Below, in pieces: positions 1 to 14,839 of a stretch of DNA of 64,000 nt. A program made the translations under genes and the position numbers. The notes under the pieces were generated by a model, which was given only the letters and a program-made list of their open reading frames with translations, searched no databases and was not told the DNA's origin. The stretch comes from Gordius albopunctatus (Eukaryota), in assembly GCA_964276515.1 (NCBI GenBank), contig OZ193909.1:1426001-1490000 (forward strand), read 5' to 3'. Every line of letters starts with the position of its first letter. The stretch's first letter is position 1.

Positions 1-1447
1 AAAAGCTCTTGGACCCGACAATATACCAATAGAGGGCTTCAAAGCGTTAGGCAATACCGGTGCACAATTCCTCGCCAACCTTTTCAACAATATCTTGAAA
101 ACGGGTAAAATGCCTGACGAGTGGAGGGATAGCTACATGATCCCGATATAGAAGATAAAAGAGGACATTCAGGATTTCAACAATTACAGAGGGATAAAGC
201 TTATGAGCCATACTTTGAAGGTGTGGGAGAAAGTGATCAAAAAACGGCTTCGGAGTTTGGTTCAAATTCGAGATAACCAATTCGGATTTGCCGGAGAGGT
301 CTAGAGAAGACGCCCTAAACAGTGTTAGAAGATTAATGGAACGGTTTAAAGAAAGGGAAGAGGATTTGCACACGTGTTTCATCGATCTTGAAAAAGCTTT
401 TGATAAAGTTCCTCGTAATTTTGTTTGGAAATGTCTTGAAGAAAACAATGTGCCACAAGTATACATCAGTGCAATAAAAGATATGTACAAGGGAAATAGA
501 ACGTACGTTAGAACAGCGGTGGGGAATACAAAAGGCTTTGCCATCAACACTGGAGTTCATCAAGGTTCAGCTCTTAGTTCCTTCCTATTCATAATGATAA
601 TGGATAATATTACGAAGGATTTGGGCGAGGAAGCTCCTTGGGCAATAATCTTTGCAGACGATATAATCCTCTGTGCCAAAAGCGAACAAGAATTGGCTAA
701 CACTGTAAATAGATGGGTAAATACAATAGAAGAAAGTGGTCTCAGGGTAAATAGAAAGAAAACAGAATACATGAAGATAAAGTTTAAATCGGATGAAAAC
801 CAGCAAAGTGCATCCCTTAGTTTAGGCGATTGGCAACTTACAAGCGTGGATTACTTCAAATATTTAGGATCAACACTTCAATCGGATAGTGGAATGGATA
901 AAGAGATTCAAGCAAGGATAAATTCCGGATGGCTCAAGTGGAGGGACCTGACAGGTGTTCTGTGTGACAAAAACATCCCGAGAAAACTAAAAGGCGCACT
1001 GTATAAATCCATCATACAGCCAACAGTCCTGTATAGCTCGGAATCATGGGCTATACGTAAAAGAGAGGAGCAACGTCGTGCAGCCATGGAGATGAGAATG
1101 CTAAGATGGGTGCTAAGAGTAAGCAAAAAGGACCATAGGCGAAATGAAGAAATAAGAAGAATTTTGGGTACTACATCAATTGCGACAAAGCTCCTAACAA
1201 ATAGACTAAGATGGTATGGCCATGTAGAAAGAAGGGACGATAGCTTAGTAGGAAAGAAAATCGAGATGATAAATTTCGCAGGAAAACGAAGAAGAGGAAG
1301 ACCCAAGCTAACCTGGATTCATAAAATACGGCATGATATGAAAGTCCACAAGATAAAGAAAGATCTATGTAAACATAGAAACAAATGGAAACGAATGCTG
1401 AAAGGACTGACCACCAGCCTAGGTGACAAGCAGTCATAGAAAGAAGA
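1..1447 (+). mobile_element. RTE-clade non-LTR retrotransposon, RT domain and 3' end; frameshift near 290, runs off the left window edge
   Basis: ORF 288-1439 has RT motifs (FIDLEKAFD, GVHQGSALS, FADD, FKYLGS, RLRWYGHVERR). The upstream frame encodes NYRGIKLMSHTLKVWEK. Short GAA-type tail after the stop. Confidence 0.93.
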
Positions 1448-1556
1448 TCTTCAGATTCTGAATATTCAAAATAAGGAGATGAATTGAAATCTCCATGAAC
1501 ACAATATGAAAAATATTTTTCACTCATTTCATATAAAGGATCGAATTCAATAATTT
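1446..1556 (-). repeat. Fragment of the hAT-derived sequence also present at 58885-58995
   Basis: The reverse complement aligns by eye over ~110 bp to ATTATTGAATTTGATC...GAATATTCAGAATCTGAAGAT inside the 58317-59313 element. Confidence 0.75.
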
Positions 1557-2200
1557 AAATATACAATGTATAATGTGTCCAAAAATTATTATCTATGTAT
1601 CAAAGAGCTCGAGCTTAAATCTAAAAAGATACCTTAAGGTAATATTATTATACATATTATTATATATATATTAAGTCTATATCTTAGATACAAATTTTAA
1701 TACCTTTTTCAAATATAAAGGATACTTGTTTATTTTGTTAAATTATAATATCTTAAATACAAAATACTTTTAGATTATCATTTCATTACCAGTTTAATAT
1801 AGATCAAAGACAGCATTCTAAAATAAATATCATGTTTGTTTAATAAATATAGCGCCATCTATATTATGTATAATATTAATTTATTGATGTTCGTTAAATT
1901 TATTATGAACTAGTGAGAAAGGTAAATTGACTATTATTTGCCTAAAAATAAAACATTTTTATTCAATTTATTTCTTATATTAATATTTAATTTTTGATTT
2001 ATATTACGGGAATGATTATGAATAAGAATATTAAGATTTTTTAAAACTATTAAATTATTTAAAATTTTTAAATGTGTGTTAGTTACAAATTATTAAAATC
2101 AATACTTTAGAGATATAAGCGTTTGGGGTCTCATATACCCCATAAGATAAATTAAGAAAGTTTTTTTTATTTAAAAATAGTAATTTAAGCATGTGTATAA

Positions 2201-2512
2201 TGTAACGAAGTGGCCGGCCGGTAGAACCCTAAGCTCCCATATACTAGGCTCCCGTATAACACTAACTCCGATTCTAAACCAAGAGACTAAATCAAAAGAC
2301 AGAGACTGTTTTATTAGGTGTATAAGGCTTTATATACACATAGCGAAGGACATATATAAAAGTAGTAATCAAATAAGAGATAAAGTACGGTGTAAACTAA
2401 GGTATATTCAAATGGCTAAGCGCATATTCAAACATCTGTGACCGCGCTCAAGTATAGGAAAAACGCGTGTATTCAAATTGCAACCTTGAATGCCGCTAAG
2501 CTACCTATAACA
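2201..2512. mobile_element. Possible solo LTR
   Basis: GC-richer ~310 bp block bounded by TGTAAC...ATAACA, with an internal AATAAA on the minus strand. No TSD found. Confidence 0.3.
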
Positions 2513-2819
2513 TTTGGAATAAATATCTATAATTACATTTGTTTATTTTTATAGTTATTGATATTCTTGTGAAGCTATTTTTGGTAACTTTTGTAATCAG
2601 CTGTTATGATTAGTTTAATTTATGATTGTTTATAATCCTCAAATTCAGATTCTGATGGTAAAAATAAGATTATATTGTCCTAATTAGTTACATAACTTTG
2701 TGTTAGCATCAAGATAACTTGATTGAGAGTGAAAAGGAAGTTAATCAGTTGTGGATATAGAAGAACTAGGAAAGACTTTGCCAAAACAAAATATTTATAT
2801 GGTATAGAAAATCAAGAAT

Positions 2820-3204
2820 ATTTTATATGCTAAAATAGATATGATATTTTGTTGAAGTTGGATAGAACATGTCCCTGGTAAAATGATAAGAACATATTCT
2901 AGAATGGATTGATGGTTGGAATTCCCTTTTTACTTATGAATCCATGTTTTGAGAAGCTGGGGATTTTTCATTGGAAACCTAAAATTGTAAAAAAAATATC
3001 TAAAATTGTAAAAAAATATATTAACGAGTGTTACTTACTTATGATAAGAATATTGTTTATCCCGATTTTTTCTATTAGAACAATATAGAACAGCGAAAAA
3101 TAGCACAGTTGAAATACACCAGTTGTGCTGTTTTAAATGGCGGAAATTTTGACACACAATTTGCCATATGGAACATATGGCATGAGCAGTCTATCTAGTC
3201 TATG
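2820..3204 (-). mobile_element. P-element-like transposon remnant: 5' TIR plus degenerate, intron-containing THAP domain
   Basis: TIR CATAGACTAGATAGACTGC ends at 3204. The minus strand translates to CAIF..CSNRKNRDKQYSYHK | FPMKNPQLLKTWIHK*..FQPSIHSRICSYHF (THAP C2CH signature) across a GT-AG intron. Confidence 0.75.
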
Positions 3205-3344
3205 GTTATGATATTCAATTATATTCGAAAATATGTATTTTTATGTTAATAAATTAAATTAACGCATTATATTTTTTTATTTAAATATTTAAGATTGGTG
3301 TTTGATTTGTGTCATAGTGGAGCTGTATAGGAATTGAAAAATCA

Positions 3345-3690
3345 CTGCTTTCGCAGTGGTCCGATTTTCACTCTTTAATAACTCTTTATAGTATTCTTCT
3401 CAACGATCTCTGATTTTATGGTCCAGAGTTAAAGTGATTTGCGATTTTGTAGATCATTCTTTCTCCTTCTTTACTGGTTAACCTGGCATTCAAATTCTCT
3501 TAGATCTCTGTTTTAGCTTTGGCTCCACAACGTTTTGCCTCATTTTTAGCTTTCACATATGGGAATCGTGTTTCTTTATTTCTGTTGCCTGACCATAACT
3601 TGTAAAGCTTTCTTTTCAACTTTACCAGGCGTTGCACGTCTTCGTTCCACCACCATGTCTCCTTATCTTTTTGCATACGAATCATAGTAG
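3345..3690 (-). mobile_element. RTE LINE internal fragment
   Basis: WWWNEDVQRLVKLKRKLYKLW is near-identical to the copy at 34890-35115. Confidence 0.85.
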
Positions 3691-3779
3691 AGGCAGCACA
3701 ATCGTCACGAAATCAGCACAAAATTCGTTTCGTATTTTATCGATTACTTGTTTTTCCTATCGTTTAAGCTTGTTTTAAC

Positions 3780-4061
3780 CATAGACTAATAGACTGCTCA
3801 TCACTTATATATTCACGCATCAAAAGTGTTGCCAAAAACGACCGCCATTTTAATAAGTGAAGTAGATTTTGTATGGCGATGGATTGCATTGGACAATAAT
3901 CATTGATCTTATAGCATGAAACAACCCATTTTAATCATTATAGCGATTTTAAAAATTTATCAAATTATATAAATTGGCCAAAATTCATGTTTCACTTATT
4001 AAAAGGGCTGCCAAAATGGGGTACACTTTTTAAAAGGGAATGAGCAGTCTATTAGTCTATG
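3780..4061. mobile_element. Non-autonomous P-superfamily MITE
   Basis: 22-bp TIR CATAGACTAATAGACTGCTCAT at both ends and a perfect 8-bp TSD GTTTTAAC (3772-3779, 4062-4069). Confidence 0.85.
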
Positions 4062-4179
4062 GTTTTAACATGGCATTTGAGCAAGAATTTAGAAATTTTC
4101 TAGCCAAAGATAAACCAAGTAAGTGTAATTATATAGGCTGTACATATTTTTTATAATTTACGAAGTCAGCAAGAAATGG

Positions 4180-4926
4180 TCAGGTGTTGACTTATGGCCG
4201 ATACTCTATGGAATAGAGTTTAAGTCTCAACTAGCTCAAATAAAGCAGCCCTCAAAAGTGTATTTCCAGAAATTATGATAAAGGGTAATTATTGTTTAAA
4301 GTGTCTTTATAATTATATTAGGGTGCTACTTTCATTTCACCCAAGCGATATACAAGAGGGTTAAGTCTCTGGGCTTGGCTATTGCTTAAAAAATCAGCAA
4401 ATACATATACGTTACTTTAAGAAGCTTAATGGCCCTGTCATTTTTGAATGAAGAAGATGTTCAAAGAGAATTTCATTGTTTTGTTCAAGAAGCCAAACAA
4501 TCCATTGACTCACCCTTATATAAATCATTACAGTATATGGAAAAGGTATGGGTAGGAAAAGATGCCCAATTTAAATACAAAATGTGGGGAAGATTTGAAG
4601 AAAATTGTCTGCCAAGCACCAATAATCTCATAGAAGGATTCCACAACAAATTAAAACATATGATAAAACAATCCCACCCTAACATCTACGAGTTCATAGA
4701 TCACGTTAAATCAATACAACGAGAAAGTGACTCAAACATCGAAAAGATAAATCAAGGGAAAATGATTAATCTTAAATCGAAGATAGAAATACAAAAGGAA
4801 ACTTGCATCGAAAACTTGCAAGATTATTACAGAAATCATGAAATACATGCATCAACATATTTGAAACCCATATCTTCTTACAGGAAGTACGGAGAAAGAA
4901 ATGTTTATTTACATATTACTCTCTAA
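4180..4926 (+). mobile_element. Degenerate MULE/Mutator transposase
   Basis: ALKSVFPEIMIKG/GCYFHFTQAIYKRV, then ORF 4429-4926 with LMALSFL...TNNLIEGFHNKLK..HPNIYEFI. Stops and frameshifts upstream. Confidence 0.8.
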
Positions 4927-5270
4927 TTATATACATATTCTTAACTGAATTTTAATAAATATTGTATACATGATTTATTTAGAAAGATATAATAAATATA
5001 AACCTAGCTAAATATGTGGTTATATAATCTAAAGTTTTGGTATGCCATTAAATTAGCTTTTAAAAATGTAACATACCTTTAGTATATGCTTTGAACATAT
5101 ATGAAAAATTGTGTGTCTCATTTTATTAACATAATTAATATCGATTACATCAGCAAAAAAGTTTGTATCTAATTTCATTAACTCTTGAACAATATCAATT
5201 AGAATATATGTGAAAAATTTTTCATTTCATTTTATTAACTCTTTCAGTCTACAACAATTATATATATTTA

Positions 5271-6081
5271 CTAGATGAACCCGGCAAACGTTTTTTTGCC
5301 ATTTACACGGGTGTATTAGCAGAATATATATCATCTTTTAAGAATATATCAAATATAATTGATAAGTGTTTATTATGCAAAATTTTTTAAAAAAATAGTT
5401 AAAGAGGGTCCAAGGCCCAGGCCCACCCAAGAGAGAAAACCTGGCCCCATGCCCCCCACCCAAGGGAAAAATCTTTGGCCCCCTGGCCCTTCAAGCATTT
5501 TTTTTAAATTTTTTGTAATTAAGAAACAATATCATAATTATAATTATTTGTTTCTGAATAAAATTTTTAATTCTGAACTTAATAATGTCCGAAGAACTGA
5601 GATATATCAACATTTATTTGCACTTTGTTAAAAGTATTTTCATTTTCTCCTTATTTAAAGCGCAAAAAATGATAAAATTAGATTATTTAATTTATTTAGC
5701 CACACAGGAGGGGACACGACCGTCCTATAATAATAATAATTGACGTGAAAAATAAGCAAAAAAATGACTTTGATATTTAATGTTTCAAAGCGCGTAAAAA
5801 GTTTCCATTTTCCGCAACACATGCCTACTGCATTTATCACACTACCTACACGATAGATACGCAGTACGTCATGACGTTGCGTTTGAGTGACATTTTATTA
5901 AACATCAAGACGTATAAAACTAAATAACTTGACCGTCTTATGACTTAGAAATTTGGAATATAGTTAAAAACATAGGCTCAGACCTACCAAATATTCGCAG
6001 AAATTTCCATTTAAATCGGTCCAGCCGTTTCGGAGGAGTTGAGGACACCACACCGTGACACGAGAATTTTATATATATAGA
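5271..6081 (-). mobile_element. Non-autonomous Helitron
   Basis: On the minus strand: 5' TCTATATATATAAAATTC, 3' hairpin GGCAAA..TTTGCC followed by CTAG. Inserted between A and T, no TSD. Confidence 0.8.
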
Positions 6082-6254
6082 TATACATATATACGATATA
6101 ATCGATGATTAAAAATTATTAAATAATTACTTATATATAGCTAAGATATATACTTTCATCATATCAATTTTCATATGGTTTTCGTGACGATCCTTGACGA
6201 AATGTGATGATCGTGACGAATTTTCGCTCCTTTTTATATGCTGCCTGAACCAAG

Positions 6255-6535
6255 TCCGAGCCGGAATCATTTGAGTTTCCCATTTAATCTCTTCTGCTTT
6301 TGTGTTTTTGCCTTAGAGATGATATAGTCCATAATAAAAAGTCTATGCTGAGCTGCAGTAGCTCACCTAGTACATACAATCGCGTACATTGTTTAATTCT
6401 TTTCTTGATATTAAGAGGAAGTAAATCTGAGGATATCGATTCCCACTTTTGTACGTTATTAGGTGTTCTTTTTGAAGAAGGTATTTGTGATGGCCAAATC
6501 AAATGTTACGGCTATTTTCAATATTTGTTGAAACC
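6255..6535 (-). mobile_element. Degenerate RTE endonuclease-region fragment
   Basis: Aligns by eye to 35250-35520 (TTTGAAGAAGGTATTTGTGATG, ATTTAATC..TTC.GCTTTTGTGTTTT). Confidence 0.8.
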
Positions 6536-7861
6536 CTCAAACCTCTTATGTATTTTATTCAACTTTTATTGTTAATTAATAACATTGTGATGTAGGCAAA
6601 TAATTAAATATGCTATAAATAATAATAAAAAGTATCCAATCGTTTAGGTTTCTATAAAAACATTATTAGTTTGCCCATGGGAATAGCCAGCATTCAAATT
6701 AGAAGGGGCAATAATGATTTAGGGAGAGGCAAAATTATAATTTTTTGAAATTTAGCCATAATTTTAAACAAATTTTTAGATTCAGAGGGGACAGCTGCCC
6801 TATGCCTAAAACTCTCTTGTCTTAAGTATACAAAGACATTTCTTATTATGATTCTAACTAAGCACCTCATAATAAATTAAATAAATTAGGGGAAAAATTT
6901 AGATATTATAAAAAATTATAAGGTTGAGACACGTCTAGATTTCTCGTTGATACGAAACCTAGATTTTTCTAGTCGACGAGATCGAGATTTTAATGGCACC
7001 CGAGCGGAAACGAGATCTAAACACTAGATAGAGGGTTGTATAAATTAGAACAAAAAACATAAATTTTAATTAAAATGTTAAGCCGGGGAACTCTTTATTT
7101 ACTCCAAGATTTTCGCAGCGAATATAAATATATCCCTTTGTGGCGTGTATAACAAACGCTTATATACGTTAAAACCAATTAACAATAATTTGATTGACAA
7201 CACACGTGTAAATAGCGACAACACACAGGTAACGCTAATTTGATTAACACACGGGTAAATAACGACAACACACAGGTAACTAACGTATCCCCGAAAAAAC
7301 TTCGCACTCCTATTACCTCTCTACAAAAAACAGTACCAAAAAATATAGCATTTAAGTGTAAAACAAAAATTTTGGTGAATTTACAAATAATTTGTTTTAA
7401 TAACAATTTTTAAATTTTTAGATTCTTATATGGGGCACAGAACAAAATAATTACAGTTTTCAAAAAACGGATCAATTCTCTTTAATTCGATTTATATAAA
7501 TAATTATAAGGAGGGAGATACTAAGTTGACTAGGTTAGGCTTGACTAGCTAATATGGCATAAGTGACATAGCTGGAAGTCTATGAAGCGCGGAAATTTAT
7601 ACTAAAGGGAGAAGTATCATTATAAGGCGAGACCTTGCAGTAAAGAGGCATTTAAAATTTATTATTTTAATAATTAATAGACAAATTTTAAACTTTACTT
7701 TTACCAGTGTGTGTGTGTGCTGAAAATACCGCATGTTAATATCAGTATCTATATTTTCGCGGCGAGTTATAACTTATCTCTCATTTGGAATTGGTCCCAA
7801 AATGACAAATTAATAAATTTGATTAAATATAATTCAGATGTCAAAAATGGCTTAAAATATT

Positions 7862-9249
<1,388 letters not shown>

Positions 9250-9861
9250 AATCTCACAATTACGACTGACCAACACTGAGGAAAAGAGATATTGTATCAA
9301 GCATTTTAACCAATTCAATCCTTCTTCCTACCCGCTCACTCGCGATTCCTTTTTATATTGTGAAAATGATTAAATTCGCCAAGAATATTGCGCGTATAAT
9401 TTATATTTTGCTCGACCATGATGGATGAAATTTTTACACGTTTTCGAGATCGTAAAGTACTTCAACGACCATGTAATAAATCTACGAACTACGTTTTCTT
9501 CCCCAGTTCTTAAAGGGCTGGATTTGTAAATTTAAAATGAATTTTTGTTAAGTATGTCTTATATATTGCTTATCACAGTCTAATCAAGAATCAAAATCTT
9601 ACAAAATATTATTAAATCTTTTTTCCCTCTGATATTTATCAATATTTCCGATAAAAACTATTTCCAGTCTCAGAATTACACAAAAATTAAACCGACAGCT
9701 CGCCCCCCTCCTTTATTATATTATACACATGCTTCGATGACTTTTTATACATGTCGCGCGCGTACTCATACATATATTATAAAACGAATATTATAACAAA
9801 AATCGACGATTTCCGAAATAGATTCAAAACGCTTGAGGGCCGAGATGACTCGCTCTCTCAT

Positions 9862-12800
9862 TCATTTTTTGACTATTTGAACTACGTCCATGTCCGAAAG
9901 GATGTGCTGGAGACCAACTCGTTGAGGACTAAATTTCACGCTTCTGCCCTATGGTTTATAATGCGCCTTAATTTAGTATTTCGGTAATGAGTTGAAATTT
10001 TATTCGGTATTGGCCTTAAAAAGGTGTGCACGAGCCTTGTGCTCGTTTGAAATAAAAAAGTGCTAAGGAAATAGATTGATCGAGATTTTGAAACGCTTAT
10101 GCAAATTTAAGTCGTGTTGAATTGACGATAATCAATGTGACTAAAATAGAGTTTGACCGACTTAAAAAGTTTATGATCATTTGGTCTAGCATCCGATAAT
10201 ATAACAAGTCAACTAAGATCATATTTTAGGGGGAATTGGCATATACTAAGAAGGAAGACGAATGACAAAAATAGAAAAGACGACGTCGTGTCACGTGGAA
10301 AGCGCAAATCGACCCAAATTATAAAAACTAAGAAGATTAATCCAGTTGGAGGAAACGCATCAAAACAAACCGCACTACTAAAGGACCAAACTCCTTTTAA
10401 AGAAGAAGATAAATGCTAGATGGAAAATAAAAGGATTGTACACTTCATATTCACCCTCGATGCAAACTAATTTTGCCTGATCCACCTTTGATTTTGGTTT
10501 ATATAAGCGACTAAGAAAAATTAACCTATGGCCTATTTATGTCTACTCGAACAAAACCCAACCGTTTTTACAACACTACCGCGTACCATTAAATAAAGGT
10601 TGAATTTAATAAATGTGCTTGTTACCCAAACGATTGCGTATTTGAAATTTGCGACGAGCGTCCTGTGTATGCTATGACACTACAATATCAATGAAAAGAA
10701 GAATTAAAAATTCAGATGGAAGAATTAAATGGATCGAATAATAGCTAGAAAAACCATGTGTTCGACGGTGCATCCTCTCCTCAATATTATGCAATCGGAA
10801 AAGTCGGGAGCACCTATTTCATAAATACGAATAAAAAGTCATAAATAATTAAAAATAAATAATATTTAACGAATATATGTTCTCAAAGATGGCGACCTAA
10901 ACCCTAACTTAACGATTCATTATATATTAAATTTAAAAGCAATCATATATGAAGCTTAACTTCTAGCGACAGCACGTCATCAATCTTAAAGGTTTAAAGA
11001 AACCAAATACCGATACAAAAAACATTCTTGAACACAGCATTTGTCATGTTAAAATAGAGAATCCCAAGGTTTAATTAATCATATTTTTGTGATTTAAAAA
11101 TAGCAAATTTTGGATGCCTTTCAACATCTCTAACCTCCTCTAAAACGACTAAAGCTTTTCTCAAGGACCCCAACTACACGGGGAAGCCTAGCTGAACGAA
11201 AATGCAACTAACTACCCGTTGGCTAAGCCAAGGAGGAGCAGCTGCCCTCTTTAAATCCAAAATTTTGTCGAAATTTATTAAAATTTCAAAAAATGATTGG
11301 TTTGCTCCCCCCGCACCCCTCGATCGCGAAGCTTTTGAAGGCTCTAATGACAAACGTAATTACTCCCGGGTTTTTTCGTAAATATTCTGACGAGTGCCAA
11401 TTGCTCCCACAGCACTTCGAGCAGGTAATCCACGTTGAGTTGCATGTTGCAGCTGAGTGGAATGTATAGAAAAAATATTCATATTATAATTGATTCGAAT
11501 GAAAGGCATTTAAAGGGAATCGCAAAGTTTAATATTAGGTCGACTTTAGGTTTTTTCTAAGACTGATGCTCGATTTAGGTTTCTTCTTAAAGTTTATCCC
11601 AAACCTCAAAACCCAGATTAGAGTATACCGTTCGTTCAGATCTCAAACTCAGAGTTACTGAACTTATCGAACCCTGCTAAATTAATATTCAGCGCTCCGA
11701 GCCCAGAATTTGTGCAAGCAGGACCCCAGCCCGGAAATCTTTAAAATATAGTAAGTTTTAGGCACTTTCGCTGAGATAATAATATATATTTGTAACTAAA
11801 ATTGTGAGACGGCGATTCCTCTATATTAAAGGTAAGATTTGTTGGAGTTCATCTGTCCGATTCTATAACTAAACTTCTCGTCCGAGAATCATTAGAGCTG
11901 CCCGGTCCGAAATAAAGATTTTTTAGTATTTTAGTAGTAATTTCGTTAGATTCTCTAAAATTTCAATATTTATTTTCACCTTTATTTGGATAAGAACTAC
12001 GATTAATGAATATTATACATAATAAAGTGGCAATGATACATTATGTCGAAATGTCATTGGACCCGAAAACCTAAAGTTATACTAGGGTCCGCCCGAAAAT
12101 AAAAAGGTTTGTTTTGCGCATAAAATATATCCAACTTTGTTACAATTTTGTTAGACCTCATCTTTAAAGCTATAATTTGATAAAATTCCCAAATTATTTA
12201 CCTTAAAACCACCGTATTCGATTCGCGGGCGCGTATGTCGACTTCTTGTATGGATATTTGATCTATTTTGTTGTAAACCTAAAGGAGGAGGGGGAAATTT
12301 TTAATCCGTTTGGAAAAAGTGCCAGTTTTTTCACGTCAATCAAATTTTTGCCTTACGTAGAGGCAGGGAATGTAGGCTCGATTGCCGAGGATCACGTCGA
12401 TTAGTTCATCGGCGTCGTGGTCTCCCCGAAAAACGACGTCCGCGTTGAAGATTTCTACGGCAATTCGTAAAAAATGTTAAACGAAACCTCGGCCCCCAAA
12501 AAGGTTTTATAAAAATCAAATATATTATTATATAAGCAGATATTTCAAAATTTATAAAACATCACTTACGTGGTCAATATAAAAAATCACCTAAAAACGT
12601 TTACAAAACTATTCATGCAATGCCTATTGCTTACTGTATTCGTGCAATATCTTGTGTACCATCTTCTCGTCGCACCGAGTCAGGGGCACCGTGGTACTAA
12701 ACGTTACGCCTCCCCCTTTCTTCTCCTAATGATTTTGGTATAATGAAAAAGTAACCGGAACCCAAGGAATCGAGAACAAAATATATTCTACAATTTATAC

Positions 12801-14434
12801 AATCTAAAGCATGATTGCCTAACCAAGGGATTAAATCCAAAAATTTGGTGAAATTTATTAAAATTATAGTTATAATTTTAAAAAATATCATTTTGACCCT
12901 CTCTAAGTCATTATTGTCCTCCCCCCTCGAATCCCAATGCTGGCTACACCCCTGATCTAAAGTTATCCTCAGGGTCGAGGGGCTTTCAACACTGTGGTAA
13001 CTAAGTTATAGGTTTTCTATTTAACATGTTTTTTAATTTAATTCAAAAAATAGTCTTTTGGGTATGGTTGAAATAATTGAAACATGAAAGTTTGGCTAAA
13101 AACAACTACCAAAAAAAATAATTTTTGGATTGTCAATGATTTTAAAATTGTAAATTTAAAACAATCAATGTTGAATAATAGCTGATGGTACTAAAAATAT
13201 TAAATAAAATTTAGTAAAATAATCTTGCTTTTTAATGACTCTGTCCCTAATGAAATAAAAAAATATGCATATAATAGCAGATATTTGTACATAGCTTCCT
13301 GAATCAGTTGCATTCTTTCAACCTATGATGGCAAAAGTTAAAAGCCACCTACAAAATCTTAAAAAGTATCCTAAACAAAAATAAAGTGAACTAATATTTT
13401 TTAAAAATAATTTTCAAGGGAACATTTCATTAAAATAAACATGAAGGCTAACAATGAAGAGTGAATTGCTAATAAATTTTGATCACAAAAACTAAATTAT
13501 AGAAAGCCATTCATATACATTTTACTTTATAGTATATATTAGGTGGTCGCTTGTTAAGACGTATCCCTACACTTTCCAATTCATTTTCAAGGAGATGTCT
13601 TGAATGATAATAATAAAAATTGAAACATAATCAATAATAAACGTGTAATAAATAAAACAAACAATTTATTAAATCTTCAGATATAAATCAAAAATAAATA
13701 GTTTTTACTTTTGGGTATCCCCTTTTGTGGGATCAAGCATTATCAATATTAGATCAGCTGTTCTGGCTACAGCTATAACTTGTCTACCTCTTCCCTTGCC
13801 TTGTGCAGCACCTTCAATAATTCCAGGCAAATCCAAAAGTTGGATTTTGGCATCATTGTACTATAATGCAAAATATAAAATTTGAAATAGACCCACACTC
13901 TACATAATGTTTTAAAAAATTTACATGAATAATGCCTGGAATACAAGTTAGTGTTGTAAATTCGTATGCTGCTTGTTCACTGTGTTGTTTCGTGACAGTA
14001 TTCAAAAATGTAGACTTAAAATGCAATAGTAAATATAATAATAGCTATCAAACTTTTCCAACTGAAGGAAATCCTATTAATGCAATTCTGGCATCACCAC
14101 TCTTCATAACATCAAACCCCTCTCCCTATTATAGTAAATATAAATAAATTAAAATAACTAATTGTATATTACAAATCATTATTCTAATTAACAATTAACG
14201 GTATCAAATAATTGTGAAATTATAACAATATTGTGCTAAAATTTATTAACCTTTTCTGATTTTTTGCCAGGGTCCAAAAGCTGCTGACGATACTTAGCTA
14301 ACTTTGCCTTCAATACACCCAGATGATATTCGGTTGCTTTAAAAATTAAATTAATAAAATATATACTTACCTTTATTCTTTTGGGTGCGAGATATTTCCC
14401 TTTCAACTTCGGCTATTTTTTCGAGGATTCCCAT
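9862..14434 (-). CDS. DRG2: Developmentally regulated GTP-binding protein 2 (13 coding exons)
   Basis: Exons give [28 protein letters not shown].., [88 protein letters not shown]. All splice in frame. Confidence 0.95.
10130..10410 (+). mobile_element. Possible degenerate LINE 3' fragment in the last DRG2 intron
   Basis: Purine-rich decayed coding-like sequence ending in an AAGAAGAAGAT tail, like the RTE copies. Confidence 0.3.
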
Positions 14435-14839
14435 GCCGCTAGTTATTACAAAAATCAGCCGTATAAATAAATCTTTGTTTATTCGTTACATTTGCACATC
14501 GATGCCTTAGCAAGAAGTTTTGGGAGAAAAGAACTCATCTATTGCCTACAAATTAACTTGAGTCAAACATAGATTACCTCAAAGTGGAGAGTTAGGGTTA
14601 AAGTATTACAGTAGTTATATATAGGTTAGATAGGACGAGAAATTTATTCATTATCACATCAACTTTTAAAATTTTATCGATAAACTTGCAATCCAGTCTT
14701 GTATTTTGTTGTCCAAATGGCGAGTGCTATTGATAATGACTCCTTAAGAAACATTTTTGTAGAGAGGTAATAGTAGTGCGAAGTGCCTCCGGGGATATTT
14801 TATTTACCTGCGTGTTGTCGATAAAATTATCGTTAACTG

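Noticed and set aside
288..1439. RT as a retron, DGR or group II intron-type system
   Set aside because: The motifs, the APE domain in sister copies and the GAA tail identify an ordinary RTE LINE.
47..1527. Numerous antisense ORFs over LINE and gypsy sequences (also at 15121-15904 and 34611-35669)
   Set aside because: Shadow frames of transposon coding sequence.
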